64,000 nt of DNA from Planktothrix sp. GU0601_MAG3 (GCA_035193785.1 CP136572.1:3892578-3956577); one strand, 5' to 3'. Shown: positions 43,655 to 55,755, counted from the stretch's first letter. The notes: generated by a model not told the origin, from the sequence alone. Translations and numbers: made by a program.

Positions 43655-43686
43655 TCCCCCGCCATACCCTCAAGGGAAGCGGGGGA
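43655..43686. terminator. Hairpin between convergent genes
   Basis: TCCCCCGC...GCGGGGGA stem. Confidence 0.6.
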
Positions 43687-43723
43687 GTCTTAATTTAGAA
43701 CTATAGGTCTTAATCGATGGTTT

Positions 43724-44260
43724 CTAATCGCTGGTGCTTTCGTAGTTTTGGGCATAGGTTTGTAACAAGGCACTCACTTGGGTTAATACCGTGTCGCCAC
43801 CAGCTTTACCGAGAACGGTTTGATGTTGGGCAACGCTGTTCAGGTTGCGTTCAATAGCAGCCTTGATCTGACCAGAAATCAGGGCTTGCAGTTCTTCTTT
43901 AGCCCTTGAACGTTGGAACTGCGCCCCTTCTTCCGTGGTGGCATAAAGGGGTGGAAGACGGTTGAGGGCATAGGCAGCAATATCTCCCACATCTAGGGTT
44001 TGCTCGCTGTTTTCTTCAATTTCTGCCACCTTGGCGATCGCTTCACTGAGAACTAATTCCTCCATGACATTAATAAATTGTTTGCGGGGTAAAACAACGA
44101 CTTCACCCGTTAACAAAGCACCCATCAACCGATCCAAAGCCATATATTCTTCAATGGACAGTTCTGAGGCGGTGTTGCAAATTCTTCCAACCTCCGCCTC
44201 CATCGAAGGGGTTAGATACCCGTCTCCTAAAGCTTGCTCAACAATCTTTTCAATACTCAT
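43724..44260 (-). CDS. ComFB-domain protein
   Basis: NVMEELV...DIAAYALNRLPPLYATTEEG signature. Confidence 0.85.
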   Translation of the reverse strand: MSIEKIVEQALGDGYLTPSMEAEVGRICNTASELSIEEYMALDRLMGALLTGEVVVLPRKQFINVMEELVLSEAIAKVAEIEENSEQTLDVGDIAAYALNRLPPLYATTEEGAQFQRSRAKEELQALISGQIKAAIERNLNSVAQHQTVLGKAGGDTVLTQVSALLQTYAQNYESTSD

Positions 44261-44840
44261 AATGCTGTTGCACTTCGCATCATTTTTATTTTTAACAACT
44301 ACGCGCCTCAATATTCCCCCCAAAAAGGCTTTTTGGTTTCTTAACCACTGTAATTCACAGCAATAAAGCGGGAAAACGAGAGTTTCCTAAATCTTTAAAT
44401 AGTTAGAAAAACCCCAGACAAATATCTCAGGTCTTACTTAGCCGGGTGAACCGGACTGGGTGAACTACAACACCCCTATCCCTTAGCTTTAAAGCATTTG
44501 GGACTGCTTTTTTCCTGCGACTCTTTTTTCATTAACCCTTGTTAAACCCTGCTGCTTGTCCTAGACAATAGGCGGATTCTTTTTAGTAACCGAGTAGGCA
44601 AGGACGCTTTTGTAACCAAATTTTCAAGGGTTTTTTAACCGTCTTTGGCTTTTAAATCATACTCCATACTACTCTATAGGGAAAGCCGAGGCAATCCGTT
44701 TTACTAACTCTTTTATTACCAAAATACTATTCCTGACAATATTCAACTAGATTCAACTAGAAGTTGAGTGAAGTTTTACAATGCTGAGGGAATTAGGCTG
44801 AAGCCACCCACCATCAGTTTATGGTTTTTGACACATCCGT

Positions 44841-45708
44841 TCACTCAATGGCCGCATAACGCCAGGGAACCGGATCAACAGCTTGGCCCTGAACATAAAG
44901 ACCCCAATGCAGGTGCGGGCCAGTTGAGGCCCCGGTGGTTCCTACCGTCCCAATCACTTGACCGGGTTGGACAAAATCTCCCTCCTGAACATCAATCCGG
45001 TTTCAGGTGCATGAAAATACCCCCCACCCCTTGACCATGATCCAAACCAATCACATTGCCATGAATTTCAAATCCCTCAGATTCTCGCCCCACGAGGGCC
45101 ACTCGTCCGGCCGCTGGAGCCACCACCGGTGATCCCATTCCCCCGGCATAATCTACACCCCGATGGTAATAGTCCTTGGCAAACTCGCCATTGTAGTAAC
45201 GACGGACGCCATAAATGGTCGTAATTTCTCCGGCATTGGGACGTAAAAACGGGCCTTTCCAGTATTTCTCAGGTGTCACCAAGGCTTTAAACGCATCCAC
45301 CCGATCAAATTCCTTATCCGTGCCGTTGAGTTCTTCTTTATCGGGGGGTAGCCAAATGGACTGGGTGGGAAAGGAGCGATCGCGCAGTTGTACGGTTAAG
45401 TTCTGTCCCTGTGTCCCATCATTAATTTGTAGGGGTTTATTGCCCGGCTGATCCAAAGGTGTCGTCGGTAATAAGGCCCGCATCCGGTTTGGGGCAATGG
45501 CAAACATCGGGTAGGTTTTGCCCTGCCAAGTTACCGTCGGAGTCGGGGAAGTGGGAGACTCCAAGACCACAGACAAGGTATTCCCCAACTCCGGGGCGGT
45601 AGGATTGACCCTTACCTGGGCAGCTAGTCCTGGCAGGGCAAGAACTACCCCAACGGTAATTAGGGCTAAAACTAAGGATTTGATCCCCCCAGGGATTCTT
45701 ATTCTCAT
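44841..45708 (-). CDS. M23 family metallopeptidase (apparent frameshift at 45000)
   Basis: HRGVD motif; repaired C-terminus has STGPHLHW. Confidence 0.9.
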
Positions 45709-45841
45709 CTTCTGTTTTGTCTCCAATATTGACGGGTCATCCCCCTAAAATTTTAGGACTGATCCCAGAATCTTAACAATTCTAGTATCTTAAGAATTAG
45801 TAATATAATTTTACATTGAGTTATTTAACCTAAAATTAACC

Positions 45842-48144
45842 GTGCCAGAAGACTTTCGTTTAATTGTAGATTTAGTCCTTGTCCTTGCCGCTGCGACCAT
45901 TGGGGGACTTTTAGCCTCCTTACTGAAACAACCGGCGATTTTAGGGTATTTGATTGGGGGGATCATTGTTGGCCCGGGTGGATTAGGGGTGATTAAAGAG
46001 TTAATTCAAGTTGAAACCCTAGCTCAATTTGGAGTAGCATTTCTCCTATTTGCTTTAGGGGTAGAATTCTCTTTTGCCGAGTTAAAAAAAGTCCAAGGAA
46101 TTAGTTTAGGAGGTGGCGGGTTACAAATTGTTTTTACAGTATTAATTACCGCCCTAACCATGGGAATTTTAGGTTGGGATACGTCTCCAATTCAAGGCAT
46201 ATTTTTAGGCGCGATTTTATCCCTATCTTCAACGGCCGTTGTCCTGAAATGTTTGATGGAAACGCAATGAAATGGCGAGTCCTTCAGGACAGATTATGTT
46301 AGGGATTTTAGTGGTACAGGATTTAGCTTTAGGATTAATGTTGGCGGTATTACCTGCTTTAAATCAACCCGAGGGTGGGGTGATTTTTGAAGCGGTGGGG
46401 CGATCACTTTTATTAATTGGATTATTTGCATTAGGGGCGGTGATTGCGGGAATTTGGGTAATTCCTAAGTTATTACAATTTTTAGCAAAAACCGAAAGTA
46501 AAGAACTATTTTTATTAGGGGTTGTTGCCCTATGTTTAGGAATTGCGCTATTAACAGAACATTTGGGCTTTTCGATTGAAATGGGAGCCTTTGTTGCCGG
46601 GTTAATGATTTCCGAGGTAGAATATGCCGATCAAACCTTAACTTATGTTGAACCAATCAGGGATATTTTTGCCGCCTTATTTTTTGTGGCGGTAGGGATG
46701 TTAATTGATCCGATCTTTCTCTGGGAACATTTAGAACTAATTATCGGGTTAATGTTACTAATTGTTGCCGGAAAAACCTTAATTATTATTCCTATAGTTA
46801 AATTATTTGGCTATTCTTGGCGAACTTCAATTATCACCGGATTAGGATTAGCTCAAATTGGAGAATTTTCCTTTGTTTTGGCCAGTGCTGGACAGGGATT
46901 AGGGTTAGTTTCTCGACGGGTTTATTTATTAATTGTGGGGACGACAGCTTTAACATTAATGATTACCCCGTTTATTTTGCAATTTGCCCCGAAATTATTA
47001 GATTGGATTGAGGAAAAATGGGATTTATCTAATCTTTTGGAAAATAGTAAAAAAATCACTAATATTTCCGAAGATTTACCTCGACAAAATCATATTATTG
47101 TCTGTGGATATGGTCGGGTTGGTCGTAATTTAGTTCAACTTTTACAAGCTCATAATTATGCGGTGGTTGTAATTGATCAATCTGAACAAACAGTACAGGA
47201 ATTAAGAAACAATCAGATTCCTTATTTATATGGAAATGCAGCTAGTTTGCACGTTTTAGAAGCCGCTGGGGTGGATCGGGCGGCATCTATGGCGATCGCC
47301 CTTCCTGACCCCATGAGTACCCGATTATGTCTAAGAAGATCCCTAGAATTTTCACCAAATTTAGATGTAATTGTTATAGCAGATCGGGATAAGGATATTG
47401 AGTTACTATATCAATTAGGGGCGAAGGAAGTAGTACAACCAGAATTTGAAGCCAGCTTAGAATTATCAAATCATGTATTAACAAAAATGGGGTTAGGAGG
47501 GGATAAAATTCAACTGGAAATGCAGAAAATTCGTCAAAGTCAGTATTCGGATTTTCGCCCGAAACAATCGGCGCAAGCAGTGGCGCGGGATTTACAGCAA
47601 GCTACCAAAGAAATGAATAGTAAATGGTATGCTTTACCGACGATTTCTCCCTTAATAGGAATGACGTTAGAAGAAAGTAATATCCGTCCGATGACGGGAA
47701 TTAGTGTGATGGCTATTCGACGGTTTACGGGAGAAGAAATTGATTATCCCGATGGTCAAGTTCGTTTAGAAAAAGATGATAAGTTATTAGTTGTGGGAGA
47801 AGCAGCAGCTTTAGAAACCTTAGAGCAATTGGCGAAAGGAGAAGTCACGATTCCGGCGGAAAGTATTTCTTGTCAATGGTTAAATATTCCTGAAAATAGT
47901 CCGGTGATCGGTAAATCTTTATCTAAATTAGATTTAGCAAATCGGTTTAGAGTCCAAGTTTCAAGCCCTACGTCGAGAGGATAAGTTTTATCGCTGGCCG
48001 AATCGAAGTTTGGATTTAGAAGCAGGCGATCGCCTATTATTATGTGGGAGTTTTCATGATTTAAACCAAGCCAGGAGAGAAATGATTCCAATTAATATTC
48101 CTTCCCTGAAAATTTTAAAGGAAATTGACATAGTTGAAGGTTGA
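45842..48144 (+). CDS. Kef-type cation:proton antiporter (CPA2) with TrkA-N/TrkA-C domains (apparent frameshifts at 46259 and 47958)
   Basis: LSSTAVV, VQD, QIGEFSF and GYGRVG motifs; RCK-C repeats. Confidence 0.9.
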
Positions 48145-48206
48145 TCGGCGGATATTTTAAGATATTGAAAAGGGTGCTGGGAAGAAGCTCTTATGCACCC
48201 TAAAAC

Positions 48207-48635
48207 TTAAAATAATTGTCCCCCGCGAAAACGCCAGTAAGGAAATAAAATTCTGATCAAACTTTGGGAAGCAATAAAAATAGCAATCCAAACACAACTA
48301 TAGTGGGAAATAAAGAGTCCTAAATTAAATTCTGAAGCAGAAAGACCGGGTAAACCGATGGTTTTGATCAGAGTTACTAAAAATAAGCCTTCCCAAATTC
48401 CTGCTAGGAGTTGAAAAACACCTGGCCAATCTCGATCCCAGCGAAATTGTTGGATTTTGATATAGAGAATATCCCAGAAAAAGCCAAAACAGGTAATATA
48501 TCCTAAAATCCCAAAATAAATTGACCCCGGTTGATCACTAATTTTTAAGCCCAAAAAAGCTAAGGTTACTAAAACACCAATGGTTGCAAATAGAAATAGA
48601 CGAGTTTGCCACCGTCCGATTAATGTTGGAGTCAT
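48207..48635 (-). CDS. Hypothetical membrane protein
   Basis: Four hydrophobic segments; MTPTLIGRWQTR start and RWDRDWP motif. Confidence 0.75.
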   Translation of the reverse strand: MTPTLIGRWQTRLFLFATIGVLVTLAFLGLKISDQPGSIYFGILGYITCFGFFWDILYIKIQQFRWDRDWPGVFQLLAGIWEGLFLVTLIKTIGLPGLSASEFNLGLFISHYSCVWIAIFIASQSLIRILFPYWRFRGGQLF

Positions 48636-48840
48636 GGGAGTAACAATTTAAAATTTTAGAGAATATTATTGTTAATTTTTATTAAAAATCCCGATCCGAT
48701 ATGGTTCTGATCAACTACAATATGATATCAGAATATTGATAATATTGCACCCTGATTTTGCGCCCATACTATGGGCGTTTTTTTATTGTGAAATATTTCT
48801 TAAGATTAAAATAAGTACCTAAACAAAATTAATTACAAAT

Positions 48841-48879
48841 CCTGTTCCCTATTCCCTATTCCCTATTCCCTATTCCCTC
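48841..48879 (+). repeat. STRR heptamer array (TTCCCTA)
   Basis: About five tandem units. Confidence 0.8.
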
Positions 48880-48906
48880 TTGCTATATATAATAATTCGT
48901 TTTTTT

Positions 48907-50023
48907 TTAATTATCAATTATCCGAACACTATTCGGTGAAATAACTACGTTAACCCGGTCGCCAATTTTAAATTGTTGCAAATCATCTTGATGCCAATTT
49001 TGCAGGCGAATAATGATTAAAATTCTATCAGTTAAACGCACCCCGTAACGGGTATCAGTTCCCAAATAAACAGATTCTTCAATAATTCCTTCCCAGGTTT
49101 GTACATTTTGATAATTTCCTAGATTTTCATGGGTCTTATGATAAATAGTAACTTTCTCGGGACGGATGACTAAATTAATTATTTGTCCTGGTATAATAGA
49201 TTGAAATACTGTTAGATGAATTGGAAGTTGTTCATCAATTAAAAGAGTGATTTCTTGTCCTTGGGTTTCTGTTACTTTTGCCGTTAAAAAGTTAGTTTCC
49301 CCAATAAAATCAGCGACGAATTTAGTTTGAGGATATTCATAAATTTCCATCGGGTTTCCTACTTGTAATAATTCCCCATGATTCATAATTCCAATTCGAT
49401 CAGACATGGTTAGAGCTTCTTCTTGATCATGGGTGACATAAATGAAAGTAATCCCTAATTGTTTCTGCATTTTTTTGAGTTCTAACTGCATTTCTTTTCG
49501 CAGTTTTAAGTCTAAAGCCCCCAAAGGTTTCATCAAATAATAATACTTTTGGTTGTTTAACTAATGCTCTAGCTAAAGCTACCCGTTGTTGTTGTCCACC
49601 GGATAGTTGGCGGGGATAACGGGTCTGAAAATCGGTTAATTTAACTAAGGATAATACTTCTAAAACTCTACTTTTAATTTGGGGACGAGGCAAATTTTCC
49701 ATTTCTAGTCCAAAAGCTATATTTTCCGCGATGTTTAAATGGGGAAATAGGGCATAATTTTGAAAGACGGTATTAACTGGACGATGAAACGGAGGACGAT
49801 TTTTCATCGGTTGTTGATGAATTAAAATTTCCCCCGCCGTCGGATGTTCAAATCCAGCAATCATTCTTAATGTTGTGGTTTTTCCACAACCCGATGGCCC
49901 TAATAAGGAGAAAAATTCTCCGGCTTTGATTTGTAAATTTAGTTGATTAACAGCTAAGAAATCCTTGCTATTTAATCCGTGAAATAATTTGGAAACATTT
50001 AATAATTCAACAGCAGAATTCAT
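48907..50023 (-). CDS. potA: Spermidine/putrescine ABC transporter ATPase (apparent frameshift at 49527)
   Basis: GPSGCGKTT, LSGGQQQR, repaired DEPLGALD; TOBE-like C-terminus. Confidence 0.9.
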
Positions 50024-50025
50024 AG

Positions 50026-50231
50026 AGAGCAGGGGAGCGGGGGAGCAAGGGGAGCAAGGGGAGCAGGGGGAGCAAGGGGAGCAAGGGGAGCAAGGGGAAG
50101 CAGGGGGAGCAAGGGGAGCGGGGGGAGCGGGGGGAGCGGGGGAGCGGGGGAGGTAAACTCTTTTTATTACCCATTACCCATTACCCATTACCCATTACCC
50201 ATTACCCATTACCCATTACCCATTACCCATT
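50026..50231 (-). repeat. Composite tandem array: (TAATGGG)n, linker, (CTCCCC..G)n
   Basis: Between potD and potA; linker matches the one at 2688-2716. Confidence 0.9.
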
Positions 50232-51305
50232 CCCCACCCCCGCTTTAACTTCTGTCCAGGCTTGATCATATAATTGGGTGGCTTCTCCTACATCTTGGAG
50301 ATATTGGAGTTTTTCAAAAACTTCTGGGGGGGGATAAATACTGGGATTTTTTAAGTTTTCAGCGTCAATTAATTTCTGAGCAATAGCAACTTTATTGGGG
50401 GAAGCATAATCAATAAAATTGGAAATTTTTGCACTATTTTCTGGTTCCAAAATAAAGTCAATAAAGGTTTCGGCGAGTTTTTTATTGGGTGCGCCTTTGG
50501 GAATTACCATATTATCCATCCCAATAATACTTCCCTCCTTGGGAATAACATATCGTAAATCGGGATTTTCTGCCATAACTTGAAAAATATCGCCACTATA
50601 TTCCATGGTTAAATTAACTTCTCCCTGATTTAATAATTGTTGACCTGTATCGGGAGCAAAAGCGGCAATATTATCTTTATTTTTAATTAGGAAATCTTGG
50701 GCTTTTTTGATTTCTTCGGGGTTTTTTGTATTGGGACTATAGCCCAAATATATTAAAATTGCTCCCATTGTATGGCGCATATCATCTAATAAAGCAACTT
50801 TACCTTTATATTTAGGATCAACTAAAGCTGACCAACTATTAATTTCTTCTCCGGTTTTTTTAAGATTATAGCCAATTCCTAAAGTGATCCATTGATAGGG
50901 AATACTATATTTATTTCCGGGGTCGTAGGGAGGATTTATAAATTTAGAGTCAATGTTTTTGATATTAGGAATTTTAGCAATATCTAATTCTTCTAACATT
51001 TGCTCTTTCACCATGATTTTGACCATATAATCTGGGGGAAATGCTATGTCATAGCCTGGGTTTCCGGCTTTTAATTTAGCATAAAGACTTTCGGCGCTAT
51101 CATAAGTATCATAATTAATTTTAACTTGATATTTTTGTTCAAAGGCTTTAAGAACTTCCGGGTCAATATAGGTTGACCAGTTATAAAGATTGAGAACATT
51201 TGCTGTGGGCGCAGTCGGGGGGGTATTAGACTGATTTGCTGTGCAACCGAAGGGTAAAAATACACCTAAACAAAATAGCAGAATTAAGGTTAAAATTCGT
51301 TTCAT
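50223..51305 (-). CDS. potD: Polyamine ABC transporter substrate-binding lipoprotein
   Basis: Lipobox-like FGC; YNWSTYI, YSIPYQW and IPKEG motifs. Confidence 0.9.
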   Translation of the reverse strand: MKRILTLILLFCLGVFLPFGCTANQSNTPPTAPTANVLNLYNWSTYIDPEVLKAFEQKYQVKINYDTYDSAESLYAKLKAGNPGYDIAFPPDYMVKIMVKEQMLEELDIAKIPNIKNIDSKFINPPYDPGNKYSIPYQWITLGIGYNLKKTGEEINSWSALVDPKYKGKVALLDDMRHTMGAILIYLGYSPNTKNPEEIKKAQDFLIKNKDNIAAFAPDTGQQLLNQGEVNLTMEYSGDIFQVMAENPDLRYVIPKEGSIIGMDNMVIPKGAPNKKLAETFIDFILEPENSAKISNFIDYASPNKVAIAQKLIDAENLKNPSIYPPPEVFEKLQYLQDVGEATQLYDQAWTEVKAGVGNG

Positions 51306-51403
51306 GTTCTATCAATTAATATCAAAGTTTAGGGTGAGTTATGGATTGATTAATTTTAAACTTAATCGGTTATAAATACAAGTGGTTTGAGCTTCCTTGC
51401 TCG

Positions 51404-52273
51404 CTATTTTATTTTAACTCCATCTGGTAATTTCAAAGATGATATTACCAAGAAAAGAGAAGCGAGTAACATTAAAGTTGAAATGGCATTAATAACTGGA
51501 CTGACGGATAATTTAATCATTCCATAGACAAATAAAGGTAAGGTAGTTGCGCCTACTCCAGTGGTAAAAAAGGTGACAACAAAATCATCCAAGGAAAGGG
51601 TAAAAGCTAATAATGCGCCACTTAAAATAGCGGGGAAAATTAGGGGGAAGGTAATTCGCCAAAAGGTTTTCCATTCATTCGCTCCTAAATCTAATGCTGC
51701 TTCTTCTAAAGCGGGATCTAAGTCGGATAAACGCGCCCTGACCGTAATAGTAATAAAGGCAATACTAAAGGTAGCATGACTAATAATTACCGATGGTAAG
51801 CCTAAAGTCAAGTGAATTCCGGTGAGATTTTCTAGGATTCTAAAAACTAAGGTAAAAAAGACTAATAGGGAAACGCCTAATGTAATTTCAGGAATAATAA
51901 TTGGTAATAATAATAATGCTTCTAGTAATTTAGATCCGGGAAACCGAAACCGCTCTAAAGCTAGGGCTACCATGGTTCCTAAAATAGAGGCTATTAAGGT
52001 GGAAGCGATCGCAATAATTAGGCTATTTTGTAAGGAATTCCAGAGACTTTGGGTGGAAATATCGGCGGTACTTTCTGTTAAGCCACTGAATAACTTTTGA
52101 TACCATTTTAACGTAAATCCCGTCCAATTTGAATTAAATCGAGAGTCATTAAAGGAATAAATAATTAAAATTAAAATCGGTAAATAAAGAAAGGAAAAAA
52201 CTAGGGTAGCCTGTATTTTTAATCCGGTTTTTCCCCAAGTATGAATAAAATTATCTAGGGCTTTAATATTCAT
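51404..52273 (-). CDS. potC: Polyamine ABC transporter permease
   Basis: FLYLPI, LEEAALDLGA and FTLSLDDF motifs. Confidence 0.9.
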   Translation of the reverse strand: MNIKALDNFIHTWGKTGLKIQATLVFSFLYLPILILIIYSFNDSRFNSNWTGFTLKWYQKLFSGLTESTADISTQSLWNSLQNSLIIAIASTLIASILGTMVALALERFRFPGSKLLEALLLLPIIIPEITLGVSLLVFFTLVFRILENLTGIHLTLGLPSVIISHATFSIAFITITVRARLSDLDPALEEAALDLGANEWKTFWRITFPLIFPAILSGALLAFTLSLDDFVVTFFTTGVGATTLPLFVYGMIKLSVSPVINAISTLMLLASLFLVISSLKLPDGVKIK

Positions 52274-52277
52274 TGTT

Positions 52278-53163
52278 TTAATATAAATTATCAGTATTAG
52301 AACTTCTAAAATAAATTATAACAGGAATTAATACTAATACCATTAATCCCATGGATAAAGCCGAGCCAAAGGGCCAATCCCGAGCTTGTAAAAATTGATT
52401 TTGAATTAAATTTCCCACCATAACTGTTTTTGCTCCTCCGAGAATATCCGGGGTAATAAATGCACCTAAAGCCGGGATAAAAACCAGAATAGATCCGGCA
52501 ATAATTCCGGGTAAAGTTAAGGGTAAAATAATTCTGAAAAATGTTTTAATATGGTTTGCACCTAAATCTTGAGCCGCTTCAACTAAAGAAAAGTTTAATC
52601 GTTCAATGGTGGCATATAATGGTAGAATCATAAAGGGTAAATAACCATAAATTAAACCGACAATAACGGCAAGGGGAGTAAAGAGTAAATTCAGAGGTTC
52701 TGAAATTAAATTCAAACTTTGTAACACGGTATTAATCATACCTTCAGAACGAAGAATAATCATCCACGCATAGGTTTCTAACTAGAAAGTTTGTCCAAAA
52801 GGGAATAATTACTAAAAACAATAATAGGTTTCGCCAACGGGTCGAAGATGTGGCAATAAAAAAGGCTAAGGGATAACCAATAATTAAACAAATTAAGGTG
52901 GTTAGGGAGGCGAGTCCTAGCGATCGCCAAAAAATATTTAGGTATAAATTATTAGCTAATCGTTGATAATTTTTTAGGGTAAATTCCCAGGTAACTCCCC
53001 CATAGGTTCCCCGTTCTAAAAAACTATAAACTAAGACAATAATCAGGGGAATAACAAAGAAAATTAGTAACCAAATTGCAGCCGGAAGTAATAGGATTAA
53101 TAGGTTTCTAGTCCTTCGAGTTTCTAGGGTGGAATGGGACTGTTTTTTGATTAAAAAAGCCAT
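52278..53163 (-). CDS. potB: Polyamine ABC transporter permease (apparent frameshift at 52774)
   Basis: PFWTNFLVRTYAW (repaired), LPFMILP and EAAQDLGA motifs. Confidence 0.9.
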
Positions 53164-53305
53164 AAATTAAAATCAATAATATTGAATTAAATGGGTTGGA
53201 ATCTCAACAAATAACCAATCAAGGTTCAAGAGTTGATTTTAGATCCAAGATCCGCTATGATGCAACCGGAAAACACTATCCAGCTAAAATTTGCTGTGAG
53301 TTGCC

Positions 53306-53974
53306 GTGCAAACGCTTCAAATACCCGAATCAGGCCATCCATTGGTCAAATCCCTATTTCATCATAAAGACCAGGAATTGTTAACTCTGTTTCAGAATTA
53401 TCCTGATCAGGGGAAATACTTTGTTGCTATTTTCTGCCGTTACGGTTTAATTGTCTATACTTTAATTCGTCATTCAGTGCGATCGCCTGTACAAGCGGAT
53501 TATTTATTCTCTCAAACCTGGCGACATATTTTTTATGAAATGCGCCCGTTAAATTTAAGAGAACAAGAAAACACAGAGGGGGGAAATACGCTACAAAACT
53601 GGTTAATTAATGTTACCGCAGTTTGTATTAATCAAGCGGAGTTACCCCCAGTTGAATCTATCCAATATTCCTTATCAGCAGCACCTCCTCCTCTGTGGTG
53701 TTATGTGGGATTAGTATTAGATCGGATGGAACCTTTATTAAGGTTAATTCTGGTGATGGCACAAACATTTCATTGGAGTGAAACTCGAATTTCTGCTTAT
53801 TTACAAGCCGAGGGAGAGTCGGTTTCTCCGAATGAAGTCAAAGAACTATTAAAAGGAGCCTATCGCACCTTAGAGGAGAATTTACCTGCTGATATTCGTC
53901 AAATTTATTTCAATGAAAATGGCTTGGTTTCTGGATTAGATCCAGATGTCGATCAACAGATTTTAAAGCCTTAA
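53306..53974 (+). CDS. Sigma-70-like (degenerate ECF-type) protein
   Basis: Region 2-like LQNWL and region 4-like WSETRIS helices. Confidence 0.6.
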   Translation: MQTLQIPESGHPLVKSLFHHKDQELLTLFQNYPDQGKYFVAIFCRYGLIVYTLIRHSVRSPVQADYLFSQTWRHIFYEMRPLNLREQENTEGGNTLQNWLINVTAVCINQAELPPVESIQYSLSAAPPPLWCYVGLVLDRMEPLLRLILVMAQTFHWSETRISAYLQAEGESVSPNEVKELLKGAYRTLEENLPADIRQIYFNENGLVSGLDPDVDQQILKP

Positions 53975-54002
53975 ATTTAGAGGTGCGATCGCCGAATTAA
54001 AA

Positions 54003-54510
54003 TTAATTTAAAAACACCGATCCCGCTTCCGTAATATTCAGGGATCTTGTATCAAGACTAAAATTGTTTGTTACCTCAAATTGCACTTCTAAAACTCCGG
54101 GGGAAGTTTGCTGAGGTCTGACTAATAATGATCCCCCATCCTGGCGTTGATAGGTAAGAGTAATTGGGGGTGAAACCTTGGACTTGAATTGTGGCATTTT
54201 TGGCTAATAATTCTTGACGAGTTCCTCCAATTAGTTGATATTGAATCGGAACATTACTATTATTAATTAATTTGATAGTGACGATTCCATTCACCGCACC
54301 AACTCTGGCACTTGGTAGGGGAAATCGAGGGGGAAGATCATCTTTTTCTGAATTAGAGTTAGGATTAGGTTGGGTGGTTGCGGGTGCGGCTTGGGGTCGT
54401 GCTGGCTTACCTGGAGGGGGGCCACCTGCTAAGGCGATCGCCGATAAACTTGTAAACACTTCACCAATAGCAAGTAGTAAGACAATCAAACGGGATACAG
54501 TTGCTTTCAT
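54003..54510 (-). CDS. Hypothetical exported protein (apparent frameshift at 54172)
   Basis: Signal peptide and Pro-rich linker; fragments join as VQGSPPITLTYQRQDG. Confidence 0.7.
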
Positions 54511-54687
54511 GATTCATTGTCCTTTAATATTTACAAAATTTATGATCAGTTGATCTAACCCAGTTTAAGCTAAATTCTCAATTTCAGGATAAAATATTGA
54601 AATTTGTTCTATAATAAATGTATCATCCTGATCCGATTCCCCCAAATAGGTAACAGGTTAAAACACAATATTCTGATCATTTTATCT

Positions 54688-54990
54688 ATGAACTTGCTCA
54701 AAAAATTCCCGATTTTTGTCTTAGTATTGAGTGTTTTTATTGTCTCTATTTTTACACTCACCCCACCGATATTTGCCTCTCGTCAAACCCATAGGTTAAT
54801 CGCTCAATCTCTGCCAGTTATTCCTGCTAAGATGGCATTTTTAATCCCTAAAGTTGCCCCTCAAACGATGATTAAACCAGCCTTAAGTTTAAATCAAATA
54901 TCTACCGCCTTAGCCCCAACTTGGACAACGGATCACAATCACGCCCCAATTAGAGGCTGTAATTGTCCTGAATGTCAATTAACGGTTTAA
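54688..54990 (+). CDS. Small exported hypothetical protein with C-terminal His/Cys motif
   Basis: Signal-like N-terminus; ends DHNHAPIRGCNCPECQLTV. Confidence 0.55.
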   Translation: MNLLKKFPIFVLVLSVFIVSIFTLTPPIFASRQTHRLIAQSLPVIPAKMAFLIPKVAPQTMIKPALSLNQISTALAPTWTTDHNHAPIRGCNCPECQLTV

Positions 54991-55068
54991 TTTGACTAAG
55001 CCGAATTACTTCTGGTGTTGACTGAAATTAAGCACAACATCAGAAGTTATTTCATATCAGCATAAAAT

Positions 55069-55647
55069 CTATAAAAACTCCTTTGCGGTTTTAATCCAAA
55101 GTTCAATTCCTTTTTGAGTTGGTTTCCCTGTGGTAGTAAATGTCCAAATATCGCGTTTATGTTGGGGGCCATAACTAATATGAATCGGTCGATTTTTGCC
55201 ATAAAAATAGAGAGAATCAAAGGGAAGATGTTGTTTTAAAATCCAATCCACTAATTGATCACTATCTAAATCTAAAATTAGGAAATCACAAGCCGCACCT
55301 AACCTTTGACAGTAATATTCTCCATTTTTTTTAACTTCATGGGCAATATGTTGATCCAATTTAGGAGCTACACGACCATTTTTAATTCCGGTAATCGGAT
55401 CTTTTCTTTCTAAATAAATTCTTAATTCATGGGAACAAAAACCATAGGTTAGTTTAAATTTAGCTAAACCAAAATAATCAATAACCGGATCAATAATATA
55501 ATAATTTAGGTCTTTTAATGCTTGAATAGATGCTGCTGAATTAGGATAGGGATTGATTTTATCAGAATATTTTTGATAAGTATTTGTACAGGTACAAAAA
55601 TCATTTAAGCTAAGATATTTTCCTAATTTAACATTTTTCATAGACAA
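55069..55647 (-). CDS. Peptidase M15-like domain protein
   Basis: TYGFCS, DQH, GAACDF and IHISY motifs fit the M15/Hedgehog-like Zn fold. Confidence 0.65.
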   Translation of the reverse strand: MSMKNVKLGKYLSLNDFCTCTNTYQKYSDKINPYPNSAASIQALKDLNYYIIDPVIDYFGLAKFKLTYGFCSHELRIYLERKDPITGIKNGRVAPKLDQHIAHEVKKNGEYYCQRLGAACDFLILDLDSDQLVDWILKQHLPFDSLYFYGKNRPIHISYGPQHKRDIWTFTTTGKPTQKGIELWIKTAKEFL

Positions 55648-55755
55648 TTGACTAGATTTTTGACTATCATATAATTAATGTTAGCGGAATCCGAAACCAC
55701 GGGAGCTATTTTTGTAGTTAACCAAAATCACATTATCTTCCAACCCTAAACGATT

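Noticed and set aside
44261..44840. Long intergenic region upstream of the ComFB gene as an ncRNA or riboswitch
   Set aside because: No recognisable motif or convincing structure by eye.
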